Shown here piece by piece: positions 1 to 9,546 of a stretch of 64,000 nucleotides of DNA. The stretch's first letter is position 1. The number at the start of each line of letters is the position of its first letter. The notes under the pieces are model-generated. The model worked only from the letters and a program-made list of their open reading frames with translations. It was not told where the DNA came from and ran no database searches. The stretch is taken from NCBI GenBank assembly GCA_021813365.1, contig JAKALB010000003.1, positions 360-64,359 on the forward strand, given 5' to 3'. The stretch is from Pseudomonadota bacterium (lineage in GTDB: Bacteria; Pseudomonadota; Alphaproteobacteria; Rhodobacterales; Rhodobacteraceae). A program made the position numbers and the translations under genes.

Positions 1-2
1 TC

Positions 3-641
3 GAACACAAGATGTATGAACCGGCCTTCTATTCCACGGTCATCAGCGACTGGGGCAGCAGCCTGATCGCCGCGCAGACCCTGGGGCCGCAGGCCAAATG
101 CCTGGTCGACCTGGGCCACCACGCCCCCAACACCAACATCGAGCAGATCGTGGCGCGGCTGATCCATGTCGGCAAGCTGGCCGGGTTCCACTTCAACGAC
201 AGCAAGTATGGCGACGATGATCTGGACGCCGCCAGCATCGCTCCGTTCCGGCTGTTTCTGGTGTTCAACGAACTGGTCGATGCCGAACTGCGCGGCGCCA
301 CGGGGTTCGGCCCGGCCTACATGATCGACCAGAGCCACAACGTGACCGATCCGATCGAAAGCCTGATGGCCTCGGCCGTGGAAATCGCCCGGGCCCATAT
401 CCAGGCGAGCCTGGTGGACCGCAAGGCTCTGGCCGAAGCGCAGGCGGCCAATGACACTCTGGCCGCGCACCGGATGCTGAAGGCCGCCTTTCTGACCGAT
501 GTGTCGCCCATCCTGGCCGAAGCGCGGATGCGGCAGGGCGGCGCGCATGACCCGGTGGCGACCTATCGTGCCTCGGGCTATCGGGCGCTGAAGGCCAAGG
601 AACGGCCCGAGGTGAAGGGGGCGGCGTCGGGAATCGTCTGA
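3..641 (+). CDS. rhaI: L-rhamnose isomerase-type sugar isomerase, C-terminal part (5' truncated by window edge)
   Basis: Frame open from base 3 (EHKMYEPAFYSTVISDWG...); xylose-isomerase-like motifs LVDLGHH and GFHFNDSKYGDDDL; lies upstream of a GH78 gene. Confidence 0.8.
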   Translation, partial: EHKMYEPAFYSTVISDWGSSLIAAQTLGPQAKCLVDLGHHAPNTNIEQIVARLIHVGKLAGFHFNDSKYGDDDLDAASIAPFRLFLVFNELVDAELRGATGFGPAYMIDQSHNVTDPIESLMASAVEIARAHIQASLVDRKALAEAQAANDTLAAHRMLKAAFLTDVSPILAEARMRQGGAHDPVATYRASGYRALKAKERPEVKGAASGIV

Positions 642-725
642 CCGCTGGGTGCCGGGCCCGAACCTTCGCAGGCAGATCGCAGGCCCGACCCAGAAGCCAG
701 GAAACCGGAGGGGAGGCCGGAACGC

Positions 726-1778
726 ATGGCAGAACGCGGGATCATCGAGGAAAGCCACGACTTCTGGTCGGAAGTCGTCCTGCCCCTGCTGGGCGAAACC
801 CATCCCGACGAAACCGCCCTCATGGCGGCCGGATTCTTCGGCTATGGCTCGGAGGTGCTGCGGCTGGATGACCAGTATTCCACCGATCACCATTTCGGGC
901 TGCGGGTGAACGTGCTGCTGCCCGGGGCAGTGATGCAGGCGCGCGGCGCCGCGATCGAGGACACATTGGCGACCCGCCTGCCCCATTCCTGGCGCGGCCG
1001 CGAACTGCGCGAAGGCTACACCCGCACCAACGGCGTGGCGCTGACCAGCCTGGAGCAGCATCTGCAATCCACCATCGGCCTGTCGCATCCGCCTGCCACG
1101 CTGACCGAATGGCTGTCGATCCCGGAAGAGGACATCACCCATGTCGTCGCGGGCGAGGTCTGGCACGACCCTTCGGGCCGGTTCAGCGCGATCCGCAGCG
1201 CGCTGGCGGCCTATTATCCCGAACCGGTCCGCCTGCGCCGCCTGGCGCATTGGTGCCGGTATTTCAGCGGCATGGGGGTCTATGCGCTGAAGCGCGCGCT
1301 TCTGCGCGACAACATGCTCTACGCCTCGACCAGCTTTGCGCGATCCCTGCGCTGGGGCGTGCAGATCGCCTTCATGCTGGACCGCACCTATTATCCCTAT
1401 GACAAGTGGATGACCGACATGTTCTTCCGCCTGCCCCGGATGAGCAACCGTCTGGCCCATATCGTCGAAGGCGCGCCGCTGGTGTCGACCGACTGGGACG
1501 AGAAGCTGGAGATGCTGCACGAAATGTCCGACATCCTGGACCAGACCATGGTGGAGGACGGGCTGATCGCGCCGCATCCGAGATACAGGGTCTCGCCCAG
1601 TTCGGGCTATCGCCTGCTGGAATCGGCCTATGCCGAGCTGATCCGGAAATGTCCGGCCGAGATCAAGACGGTCGTCCCGCAATGGGAACAGGTGCATTGG
1701 GAAAGTTTTCATTCGGGCTTCGTGGATGGCATCGACCTGCCCACCTGGCGCCGCATGCTGGTGTTGGAGGAAGAATGA
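726..1778 (+). CDS. DUF4037-domain protein (nucleotidyltransferase-like fold)
   Basis: N-terminal GYGSEVLRLDDQYSTDHHFG, then IPE...GEVWHDPSG and YYPEPVR...YPYDKW, typical of DUF4037; stop overlaps next ATG (ATGA). Confidence 0.75.
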   Translation: MAERGIIEESHDFWSEVVLPLLGETHPDETALMAAGFFGYGSEVLRLDDQYSTDHHFGLRVNVLLPGAVMQARGAAIEDTLATRLPHSWRGRELREGYTRTNGVALTSLEQHLQSTIGLSHPPATLTEWLSIPEEDITHVVAGEVWHDPSGRFSAIRSALAAYYPEPVRLRRLAHWCRYFSGMGVYALKRALLRDNMLYASTSFARSLRWGVQIAFMLDRTYYPYDKWMTDMFFRLPRMSNRLAHIVEGAPLVSTDWDEKLEMLHEMSDILDQTMVEDGLIAPHPRYRVSPSSGYRLLESAYAELIRKCPAEIKTVVPQWEQVHWESFHSGFVDGIDLPTWRRMLVLEEE

Positions 1779-2761
1779 ACTCGCCGGAACGCGTGATGGC
1801 CACGCTGAACCGCCAGCCCGTGGATCGCACGCCGATCGACTGCTGGCTCTACCAGAAGCAATTCCTGGAACGGCTGGAGGCCGACTACGGCCCGCGCGAA
1901 AAGTTTCTCGAGGAATTCGGCGTCGATGTCTTTGTCGGCCTGATGCCGTTTCCCAACCAGTATGGCCGCCGGTTCGACATCAGGGAGCTGGCCGACCTGC
2001 AACTGGAAGATCCCAAAGACCCGAAATGGTTGAACTACACCGCCTGGAACTACGATTTCGGTGGCACCAACATCGCCACGGCGGTGGCGCAGCAGAAGGG
2101 CAGGCGCGCGGTCCTGGCGCATTGCTGGGGCATGGTCGAGGGCACCTCGTCCTTTCTCGGCATCGAGAATTGCTGGATGTATCTGGGCGGCGAACCCGAC
2201 CGGATGGCCGCCTGGTTCGACCGATACGCCGACTGGATGTGTTGCCAGGTCGACAACCTGGTCGAGGCCGGTGTCGACATGATGACCCTGTCCGACGACT
2301 GGGGCAGCAACGGCACGATGCTGTTCAACCCCAAGGCCTGGCGCAAGCTGATCAAGCCCTATGCGATGCGCGTGGTGCAGCACGCCCGTTCGCGCGGCCT
2401 GCCGGTGAATCTGCATTCCGATGGCTACATCTTGCAGATCGTAGATGACATCATCGAGATGGGCTATGCATCCTGGCATCCGGTGCAGGAAAGCGCCGGC
2501 ATGGACCCGCGCGAGGTCAAGGCACGATGGGGTGACAGGATCACCATCTACGGCTCGCTGGACGTGATCGACGGGCTGTTGAAATACGAAGGCGACGCGC
2601 TGGAGGAGTATATCACCACCCGCTTTGCGATCTATGCGCCGGGCGGCGGGTTCATCTTCAACGGCGGACATTTCATCCAGCCCGACATTCCCCCCGCCCG
2701 CCTGGTGCATGCCTATCGCATCGTGCAGAAACTGGCGCCGCTCTACGGAACATTGGCCTGA
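1775..2761 (+). CDS. Uroporphyrinogen decarboxylase/MtaA-CmuA superfamily protein (not HemE)
   Basis: Start MNSPERVMATLNRQPVDRTPID at ATGA overlap (ORF-track start 1406 is an over-extension); SDDWGSN, LHSDG and APGGGFIF motifs; no HemE WxMRQAGR signature. Confidence 0.8.
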   Translation: MNSPERVMATLNRQPVDRTPIDCWLYQKQFLERLEADYGPREKFLEEFGVDVFVGLMPFPNQYGRRFDIRELADLQLEDPKDPKWLNYTAWNYDFGGTNIATAVAQQKGRRAVLAHCWGMVEGTSSFLGIENCWMYLGGEPDRMAAWFDRYADWMCCQVDNLVEAGVDMMTLSDDWGSNGTMLFNPKAWRKLIKPYAMRVVQHARSRGLPVNLHSDGYILQIVDDIIEMGYASWHPVQESAGMDPREVKARWGDRITIYGSLDVIDGLLKYEGDALEEYITTRFAIYAPGGGFIFNGGHFIQPDIPPARLVHAYRIVQKLAPLYGTLA

Positions 2762-4812
2762 TGGCCGACACGATCCTGGCGCCGGATGGCTGTTACTGGA
2801 TCGGATCGGACCATCCGTTCGACCTGACCGAGGCCTATGTCAACCTGCGCGCCGATCTCGAGCTTGCCTCGGTTCCGCAGAAGGCCGTGCTGCACCTGAC
2901 CGCCGACAGTCGGTATCGGCTGTGGGTCAACGGGGTCTTCACCGGGCGCGGGCCGGAACGGTCCTGGCCCGCGTCGATGGCGATCGACAGTCGCGACATC
3001 ACCCACCCGCTGCGGGCCGGCCGCAACCGTCTGGCGGTGCAGGTCTATTGCCCCGGCTATTCGCATTTCGCCTATGTCCACCGCGCCGCCGCCGGAGTGC
3101 TGGGCTGGCTGGAACTGGACGGCCGGGTCGTGCTGACGACCGATGGCGACTGGCGGGTCAGTCGCGATGCGTCCTGGTCCTCGCTCGTCCGCCGGGTGTC
3201 GATCTATGGCAGCGGGGTCGAGGACCGCGACATGGCGCGCGTCAGCGACTGGCAGGAGGCCGATTGCAGCGCCTGGGCCCGGGCCCGCATCCTGCAACCT
3301 GCCCGGGGGCCGATCTGGGCAGAGCTGCGCCCCCGCGTGACTGCGCTGCCAAGCGAAAGCGTCACGCCGCTGACCACCCCCTGGCAGACGCGGCTCGGCC
3401 CCGCCGTCCCGACCAGCACCGACCCGCATGTCGACCTGCGCGCGGCGCTTGCGGCCTCGTCCCCCGGCCCGCTGCCCGAAACCCTGGCAGCCGGGCAGGA
3501 GGCGATCTGGATCTTCGACCTGGGCCACAGCCAGAGCTGCCTCGGCCTGGCTGATGTTTCTGCCCTGGGCGGCGAGACGCTCAGCGTCTCCTATGCCGAG
3601 AAACAGCACGACGGAAAGCTGGTGCTGTCCGACCCGGCCAGCTACTGCCGGATGCGTCCGACCGACCGGTTCACCCTGCGACCGGGACGCCAGCGGGTCG
3701 AAGGTTTCAGCTTCCGCGGCGCGCGCTATCTGGTGTTCCGCCTGCAGACCCGCGCGACCCTGACCCCAGCTCCGCTCTTTTGGCTGCGGACCCAGGCCTA
3801 TCCTCTGGCGGAACGCTCCCTGCCAGACCTTAGTGCCCCGTTCGATGCGATCGCCCGGATGTGCCGCCGCACCCTTCTGTCCTGCCTGCTCGACGGCATC
3901 GTCGACGGGGTCTGGCGCGAGGCGAGCCAGTGGCTGGGCGATGTGGTGCCCGCGGCCTTTGCCTTGCGGGCCATCTCGAACGACCCCCGCCCCCTGCGTC
4001 TTGCCCTGCAGATGGCCGCGGAAGGGGCCGAACCTTCGGGTTTCCTGCCCTCGGTCCTGCCGGGCGATGTGCCGGCCTATGCGGTCACGGACTACAACTT
4101 TTCCTGGGTCGAGCTGCTGGTGGCCTATGCCGATCACCCCGGCGCCGCCGACGCGCCCGAGGTGCTGGCGCGCCACTGGCCGGCGCTGTGCCGGATGCTG
4201 GACCACATGGACCGCCTGCGCGATGACGCGGGCCTGATCCGCAATGGCGCCGGGCGGCGGCTGTTCCTCGACTGGTCGCCGATCGACCGGGGCGAGCCGA
4301 ACCTGACGCTGAACCTGCGCCTCCTGCACGCCCTGCACCTGGCCACGGGACTGGCCCGGCGGCTGCACCGACCCGACCCCTGGTCGGCCCGGGCCGCCGC
4401 CCTGAGCCAGGCAATCCGCGCCACCCACGCCACCGCGCGCGGCTGGCAGGAAAGCCCCGGCGGCAAGCCCGCCAGCCAGCTGGCCCTGGCCTTCCTGCTG
4501 CTGACTGGTCTGGTCCAGGGCGCCGAGGCCGAAACCCTGGCCGACCGGGTCGCCGCCCGGTCGCTCGATCCCGAGGACGGCCCCGGACCGGACCGGCTGG
4601 TGCTCGCCAGTCCCTTCATGCACCATTACGTCTTCCAGGCCCTGGATCGCCTGGGTCGGCGTGACGCGATCAGACAGATCATCGCCCTGCGCTGGGGTCG
4701 CTGGGCCCTGTCCGGCCAGCCCACCACCTGGGAAAACTGGGACATCGGCTTTCCCGACGGATCGGCCTGCCACGCCTTTTCCGCCCACCCGCTCGGCTGG
4801 CTGCATCGCTGA
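2761..4812 (+). CDS. GH78 alpha-L-rhamnosidase-like glycoside hydrolase
   Basis: ADSRYRLWVNG...GRGP N-terminal domain, DGVWREASQWLGD acid motif, TTWENW base motif, SACHAFSAHP; TGATG coupling to upstream gene. Confidence 0.8.
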   Translation: MADTILAPDGCYWIGSDHPFDLTEAYVNLRADLELASVPQKAVLHLTADSRYRLWVNGVFTGRGPERSWPASMAIDSRDITHPLRAGRNRLAVQVYCPGYSHFAYVHRAAAGVLGWLELDGRVVLTTDGDWRVSRDASWSSLVRRVSIYGSGVEDRDMARVSDWQEADCSAWARARILQPARGPIWAELRPRVTALPSESVTPLTTPWQTRLGPAVPTSTDPHVDLRAALAASSPGPLPETLAAGQEAIWIFDLGHSQSCLGLADVSALGGETLSVSYAEKQHDGKLVLSDPASYCRMRPTDRFTLRPGRQRVEGFSFRGARYLVFRLQTRATLTPAPLFWLRTQAYPLAERSLPDLSAPFDAIARMCRRTLLSCLLDGIVDGVWREASQWLGDVVPAAFALRAISNDPRPLRLALQMAAEGAEPSGFLPSVLPGDVPAYAVTDYNFSWVELLVAYADHPGAADAPEVLARHWPALCRMLDHMDRLRDDAGLIRNGAGRRLFLDWSPIDRGEPNLTLNLRLLHALHLATGLARRLHRPDPWSARAAALSQAIRATHATARGWQESPGGKPASQLALAFLLLTGLVQGAEAETLADRVAARSLDPEDGPGPDRLVLASPFMHHYVFQALDRLGRRDAIRQIIALRWGRWALSGQPTTWENWDIGFPDGSACHAFSAHPLGWLHR

Positions 4813-4873
4813 TCGAAAGGCCGCTGCGCGACGGTCTGGGCCGCGTCGCGGCCTTCGCTCCGCCTCGGGGGCG

Positions 4874-4987
4874 TGGGGGCTTCCCGCCCCCAGACCCCCG
4901 GGGATATTTGCGCCAAGTTGAAGCGCAATCCGCGCCGACCCCATTCAACTTGGGTCAAATATCCCGGGGTCTGGGGCAGAGCCCCAG
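4874..4987. repeat. Inverted pair of REP/MITE-like elements (core GGGATATTTnnnCCAAGTTGAA) with 21-bp spacer
   Basis: cagacccccggggatatttgcgccaagttgaa (4891-4922) is near-exact reverse complement of ttcaacttgggtcaaatatcccggggtctg (4944-4972); each copy has an outer GGGGC-n-GCCCC hairpin; between convergent genes. Confidence 0.85.
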
Positions 4988-5005
4988 GGGCCGGGGGCTG
5001 GGGTT

Positions 5006-5968
5006 TCAGGCCGGGCAGACGCCATCCAGCCACTCCCGCTGTCGCTCGAGCTGGAACGGGCCGCCGCCTTCGTGATCGTTGAACATGTAGCGCACCATCT
5101 CCTTCGGGCCGGCATAGGCGTTGTAGGCGGCATAGACGGTCGAGGCCGGGCAGATCGTGTCCATGATCCCCACCGAAAACAGCGCCGGCGCCGTTGCGCG
5201 GGCCGCGAAATGCACACCGTCGAAGTAGTTCAGCGTGGCAAAGACCTGATCCTCGGCGGCGCGGTGCACGGCCAGATAGCGCGCGATCTCCAGGTAGGGA
5301 TCGCGCGTCGCCACCGTCACGCCGCGCCAGAAGTCGCAAAGATAGGGCACATCGGGCATCACCGCGGCCAGGCCCGGCACCAGACCGGCGGCCGCCAGCG
5401 AGATGCCGCCGCCCTGGCTGCCGCCGGTGACGGCGATGCGCCGGGGATCGATGCCGGGCAGTCCACCCGCCACTTCGACCGCGCGAGCGGCATCGGCATA
5501 GACCCTTCGGTAGAAATAATCCTCGCGCCGCTGGATGCCGCGGGTCATGAAGCCGGCATGGGCCGGGTCGGAGCCCACCGGGTCGGGCGTGTGGCCCGGC
5601 GCCCAGCCCGAGCCCTGGCCGCGGGTGTCCATCACCAGGACGGCGCGGCCTGTTGCGGCCCAGAACAGATGCTCGTGCGCAAAGCTGCGGCCGCCGTTGT
5701 AGCCGATGAACTTCACCACGCAGGACCGCGCGCCGCCTTTCGGCTGGATCAGCCAGCCGCGCACCGGATGGCCGCCGTAACCGCGATAGGTGAGGTCAAA
5801 GACCTCGACCAGGGGCAGGCCCGCGGCCACCGGGACCAGCCTTGTGTCCAGCGGATGCGCCCGGGTTTCGGACAGCGTATGTTCCCAGAACGGGGCGAAA
5901 TCGGCGGGCATCCGGGCGGTGGTGCGGTAATCGACCACCAGGTCGGGGGCAAGATCGGGAAAGGGCAT
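5006..5968 (-). CDS. CE7 acetyl xylan esterase / cephalosporin-C deacetylase
   Basis: RGQ and GGSQGG nucleophile motifs, D..CP and HEGG catalytic motifs; starts MPFPDL. Confidence 0.9.
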   Translation of the reverse strand: MPFPDLAPDLVVDYRTTARMPADFAPFWEHTLSETRAHPLDTRLVPVAAGLPLVEVFDLTYRGYGGHPVRGWLIQPKGGARSCVVKFIGYNGGRSFAHEHLFWAATGRAVLVMDTRGQGSGWAPGHTPDPVGSDPAHAGFMTRGIQRREDYFYRRVYADAARAVEVAGGLPGIDPRRIAVTGGSQGGGISLAAAGLVPGLAAVMPDVPYLCDFWRGVTVATRDPYLEIARYLAVHRAAEDQVFATLNYFDGVHFAARATAPALFSVGIMDTICPASTVYAAYNAYAGPKEMVRYMFNDHEGGGPFQLERQREWLDGVCPA

Positions 5969-6080
5969 GCGTCGTCACCTCCTGCTCTGGCCCCACTGAA
6001 CCCCGGCGTGGCGCGAAAATCCAGACTTTCCCAAAGCCCCCCCCTTGCCTATAAGGCGCCAAGCCCAAGGAGAGCTGCCA

Positions 6081-6668
6081 ATGCGCGAAGCCCGGATCGC
6101 TCGCAAGACTGCTGAAACCCAGATTTCCGTCCGGATCGATCTGGATGGCACGGGCAAGGCCCGGATTTCGACCGGGGTCGGGTTTTTCGACCACATGCTG
6201 GACCAGCTGGCACGCCACAGTCTGATCGACATCACGCTCGAGGCGACGGGTGATCTGCATGTCGACGACCACCACACGGTGGAGGACTGCGGCATCGCCC
6301 TGGGTCAGGCGCTGGCCAGGGCCTTGGGCGACAAGCGCGGCATCCGACGCTATGGTCACTTTGCGCTGGCGATGGACGATGCCCAGGTCAGCTGCGCGCT
6401 GGACCTTTCGGCCAGACCCTGGCTGATCTGCAACCTCGATTTTCCGACGCCCAAGATCGGCAGCTTCGACACCGAACTGGTGCGCGAATTCTTCCAGGCT
6501 TTCGCCACGCATGGCGGCATCACCCTGCACATCGACCGCCAGCACGGCTTCAACAGCCACCACATTGCGGAAGCCGCGTTCAAGGCGGTCGCCAGGGCCC
6601 TGCGCATGGCGGTCGAGGTGGACGCGCGGGCCGCCGACATCATGCCCTCGACCAAGGGCACGCTTTGA
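6081..6668 (+). CDS. hisB: Imidazoleglycerol-phosphate dehydratase
   Basis: [37 protein letters not shown] motifs; RBS GGAG upstream of 6081. Confidence 0.97.
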   Translation: MREARIARKTAETQISVRIDLDGTGKARISTGVGFFDHMLDQLARHSLIDITLEATGDLHVDDHHTVEDCGIALGQALARALGDKRGIRRYGHFALAMDDAQVSCALDLSARPWLICNLDFPTPKIGSFDTELVREFFQAFATHGGITLHIDRQHGFNSHHIAEAAFKAVARALRMAVEVDARAADIMPSTKGTL

Positions 6669-7306
6669 TGACCACGGTTCTCGTCGATTATGGCGCGGGC
6701 AACCTGCATTCGGCGGAAAAGGCGTTTCAGCGCATGGCGGCCGAGACCGGTTGCAGCGCGGCGATCGTGACCTCGGACCCCGAGGCCGTGCGCAGCGCCA
6801 GCCGGATCGTGCTGCCGGGAGACGGCGCCTTTCCGGCCTGTCGTCACGCCCTGCAGGCGATGCCCGGCCTTGAGGAAGCGATCACCGAGGCGGTGACCCG
6901 CCGCGCCGTGCCGTTCCTCGGCATCTGCGTCGGCATGCAGATGCTGGCGACATGCGGCCGGGAATTCCAGGATGTGGCCGGCTTTGACTGGATCGGGGGC
7001 GAAGTCGTAAGGATCGTTCCCGCCGATCCCGCGCTGAAAGTGCCGCATATGGGCTGGAACGATCTGATCATCGACCGGCCCCACCCGGTACTGGAGGGAC
7101 TCAAGACCGGCGACCACGCCTATTTCGTGCACTCCTACCACTTTCGCGTCGCCGATCCGGCGCAGCGGCTGGCGCATGTGGATTATGCCGGCGATGTCAC
7201 CGCGATCGTCGGGCGCGACAACATCATCGGCACCCAGTTCCACCCGGAAAAGAGCCAGGCGACGGGCCTGCGGCTGATTGCAAACTTCCTCACCTGGACA
7301 CCCTGA
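6668..7306 (+). CDS. hisH: Imidazole glycerol phosphate synthase glutaminase subunit
   Basis: DYGAGNL, LGICVGMQ, PHMGWN, YFVHSY, QFHPEKS; TGATG overlap with hisB. Confidence 0.97.
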   Translation: MTTVLVDYGAGNLHSAEKAFQRMAAETGCSAAIVTSDPEAVRSASRIVLPGDGAFPACRHALQAMPGLEEAITEAVTRRAVPFLGICVGMQMLATCGREFQDVAGFDWIGGEVVRIVPADPALKVPHMGWNDLIIDRPHPVLEGLKTGDHAYFVHSYHFRVADPAQRLAHVDYAGDVTAIVGRDNIIGTQFHPEKSQATGLRLIANFLTWTP

Positions 7307-7314
7307 GCCGCCAG

Positions 7315-7360
7315 TCCGCTTGCGGCCACCGGGTGCGTTCCGCTTGCGGCCACCGGGTGC
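7315..7360. repeat. Direct duplication of 22 bp (period 24) in hisH-hisA spacer
   Basis: tccgcttgcggccaccgggtgc at 7315-7336 and 7339-7360. Confidence 0.9.
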
Positions 7361-7527
7361 ATGATGGCCGATCTGGCCCCGCCCGCGCCGGTGGGGATGA
7401 TCCGATCCCGACCGGCGATCTGGCGGGCTGATGGGTCGGCGGTCTGGCGACGGGGGCCGGCCTGCGGCTCGGGCTTCCCTTCGGGGCGCGGCCCGCGTAT
7501 CACCCGGCCAGACCGACGGAGCCTGCC

Positions 7528-8247
7528 ATGATCCTTTATCCTGCCATCGACCTGAAAGACGGCCAATGCGTGCGCCTCCTGCGCGGCGAGATGGCGGCGG
7601 CCACGGTCTTTGGCGACGATCCGGCGGCCCAGGCGGCCAGATTCCAGGACGCCGGCTGCGACTGGCTGCACCTGGTCGACCTGAACGGCGCCTTCGCCGG
7701 CCATCCGGTGAATGCCGCGGCGGTCGAGGCGATCCTGGCCCGTGTCCGCGTGCCGGCCCAGCTGGGCGGTGGCATCCGCGATCTGGCCACGATCGAGATG
7801 TGGCTGAAGAAGGGGCTGGCCCGGGTGATCCTGGGCACCGTCGCGGTGGAAAACCCCGATCTGGTGCGCCAGGCGGCCCGGGCCTTCCCCGGCCAGGTGG
7901 CGGTGGGCATCGACGCCCGCAAGGGCCTTGTGGCCACCCAGGGCTGGGCAACCGAGACGACGGTCCAGGCCAGCGACCTGGCGCGCAGCTTCGAGGATGC
8001 GGGCGTGGCCGCGATCATCTACACCGACATCGACCGCGACGGCGCGATGCAGGGCCCCAACATCGCCGCGACCGAAGCTCTGGCCCGGGCCGTTTCGATC
8101 CCGGTCATCGCCAGTGGCGGGGTCAGCCGGATGGAAGACCTGCTGGCCCTGCGCGACACCGGCATCATCGCCGGCGCCATTTCGGGCCGGGCGCTCTATG
8201 ACGGGGCGATCGACCTGCGCGCGGCGCTGGCGGCACTGAAAGGTTGA
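7528..8247 (+). CDS. hisA: ProFAR isomerase
   Basis: [46 protein letters not shown]. Confidence 0.97.
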   Translation: MILYPAIDLKDGQCVRLLRGEMAAATVFGDDPAAQAARFQDAGCDWLHLVDLNGAFAGHPVNAAAVEAILARVRVPAQLGGGIRDLATIEMWLKKGLARVILGTVAVENPDLVRQAARAFPGQVAVGIDARKGLVATQGWATETTVQASDLARSFEDAGVAAIIYTDIDRDGAMQGPNIAATEALARAVSIPVIASGGVSRMEDLLALRDTGIIAGAISGRALYDGAIDLRAALAALKG

Positions 8248-8406
8248 GGCGAAAGCCCGCCTGAGCGGAGCCCTCCCGCCCTGTGGTCGACGGGCGGCCT
8301 CCGGATTCGGCCCAGCGACGGACCGCACGATCCGCGGCGGAGCCAACCCGCCCGACCCTGCCCGCGCCCCCTTCCCCCCGCGGCCCGCAGCCGCTACATC
8401 GGACGC

Positions 8407-9168
8407 ATGCTGAAGATCCGTGTCATTCCCTGCCTGGATGTCGCCGATGGCCGCGTGGTCAAGGGCGTCAACTTCGTCAACCTGGTGGATGCGGGCGACC
8501 CGGTCGAGGCGGCGAGGGCCTATGACGCGGCCGGCGCGGATGAGCTGTGTTTCCTGGACATCCATGCCACGCACGAAAACCGCGGCACGATGTTCGATCT
8601 GGTGACGCGCACGGCCGAGCAATGTTTCATGCCGCTGACCGTGGGCGGCGGCGTCCGCACCTCCGAAGACGTGCGCGCCCTGCTACTGGCGGGGGCGGAC
8701 AAGGTCAGTTTCAACTCGGCGGCGGTGGCCAATCCCGATGTGGTCGCCCAGGCGGCAGACCGGTTCGGCAGCCAGTGCATCGTGGTGGCGATCGACGCCA
8801 AGACCGTGGCCCCCGGACGATGGGAGATCTTCACCCATGGCGGACGCAAGCCGACCGGCATCGACGCGGTCGAGTTCGCCCGCACCGTGGCCGCGAAGGG
8901 CGCGGGCGAGATCCTGCTGACCTCGATGGACCGCGACGGCACGAAGGGCGGCTATAACCTGGCCCTGACCCGCGCCATCGTCGACGCCGTGCCGATCCCG
9001 GTCATCGCCAGCGGCGGGGTGGGCAAGCTGGACCACCTGGTCGAGGGCGTCACGCAGGGCGGCGCTTCCGCCGTGCTGGCGGCCTCGGTCTTCCACTTCG
9101 GCACCTTTACCATCGGCCAGGCCAAGGCGCATATGGCGGCGGCCGGCATTCCCGTGAGATTGACATGA
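8407..9168 (+). CDS. hisF: Imidazole glycerol phosphate synthase cyclase subunit
   Basis: [38 protein letters not shown]. Confidence 0.97.
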   Translation: MLKIRVIPCLDVADGRVVKGVNFVNLVDAGDPVEAARAYDAAGADELCFLDIHATHENRGTMFDLVTRTAEQCFMPLTVGGGVRTSEDVRALLLAGADKVSFNSAAVANPDVVAQAADRFGSQCIVVAIDAKTVAPGRWEIFTHGGRKPTGIDAVEFARTVAAKGAGEILLTSMDRDGTKGGYNLALTRAIVDAVPIPVIASGGVGKLDHLVEGVTQGGASAVLAASVFHFGTFTIGQAKAHMAAAGIPVRLT

Positions 9169-9473
9169 CCCTTTCCCGTCTGGCCCAGACCATCGCAGCG
9201 CGCCAGGGGGCAGACCCCGAATCGTCCTGGACCGCAAGACTGCTGGCCATGGGCCCCGAGAAATGTGCCGAGAAGTTCGGTGAAGAGGCCGTGGAAGCCA
9301 TCATCGAGGCGGTGAAGGGCGACCGCGACCGGCTGGTCAGCGAAGCGGCCGATGTGCTTTACCACCTTCTGGTCATGCTGACCTCGCGCGGGATCAGCCT
9401 GGCCCGGGTCGAGGCGGAACTGGACCGGCGCGCGGGCCAGTCGGGCCTGGCCGAAAAGGCATCGCGCGGCTGA
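9165..9473 (+). CDS. hisE: Phosphoribosyl-ATP pyrophosphatase
   Basis: [27 protein letters not shown]; ATGA overlap with hisF. Confidence 0.95.
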   Translation: MTLSRLAQTIAARQGADPESSWTARLLAMGPEKCAEKFGEEAVEAIIEAVKGDRDRLVSEAADVLYHLLVMLTSRGISLARVEAELDRRAGQSGLAEKASRG

Positions 9474-9546
9474 GGCCGGGGCACGCCGGCGGCGCCTTCG
9501 GCACGATCTCCCCTCGCCTCTGCGCTGACGCGCAACCGGCTCGGGC

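Noticed and set aside
1775-2761. hemE (uroporphyrinogen decarboxylase)
   Set aside because: Lacks the HemE WxMRQAGR signature and sits in a sugar operon
7361-7432. 23-codon ORF (MMADLAPPAPVGMIRSRPAIWRA) as a his leader peptide
   Set aside because: No His codons, no clear RBS, and internal to the cluster rather than upstream of it
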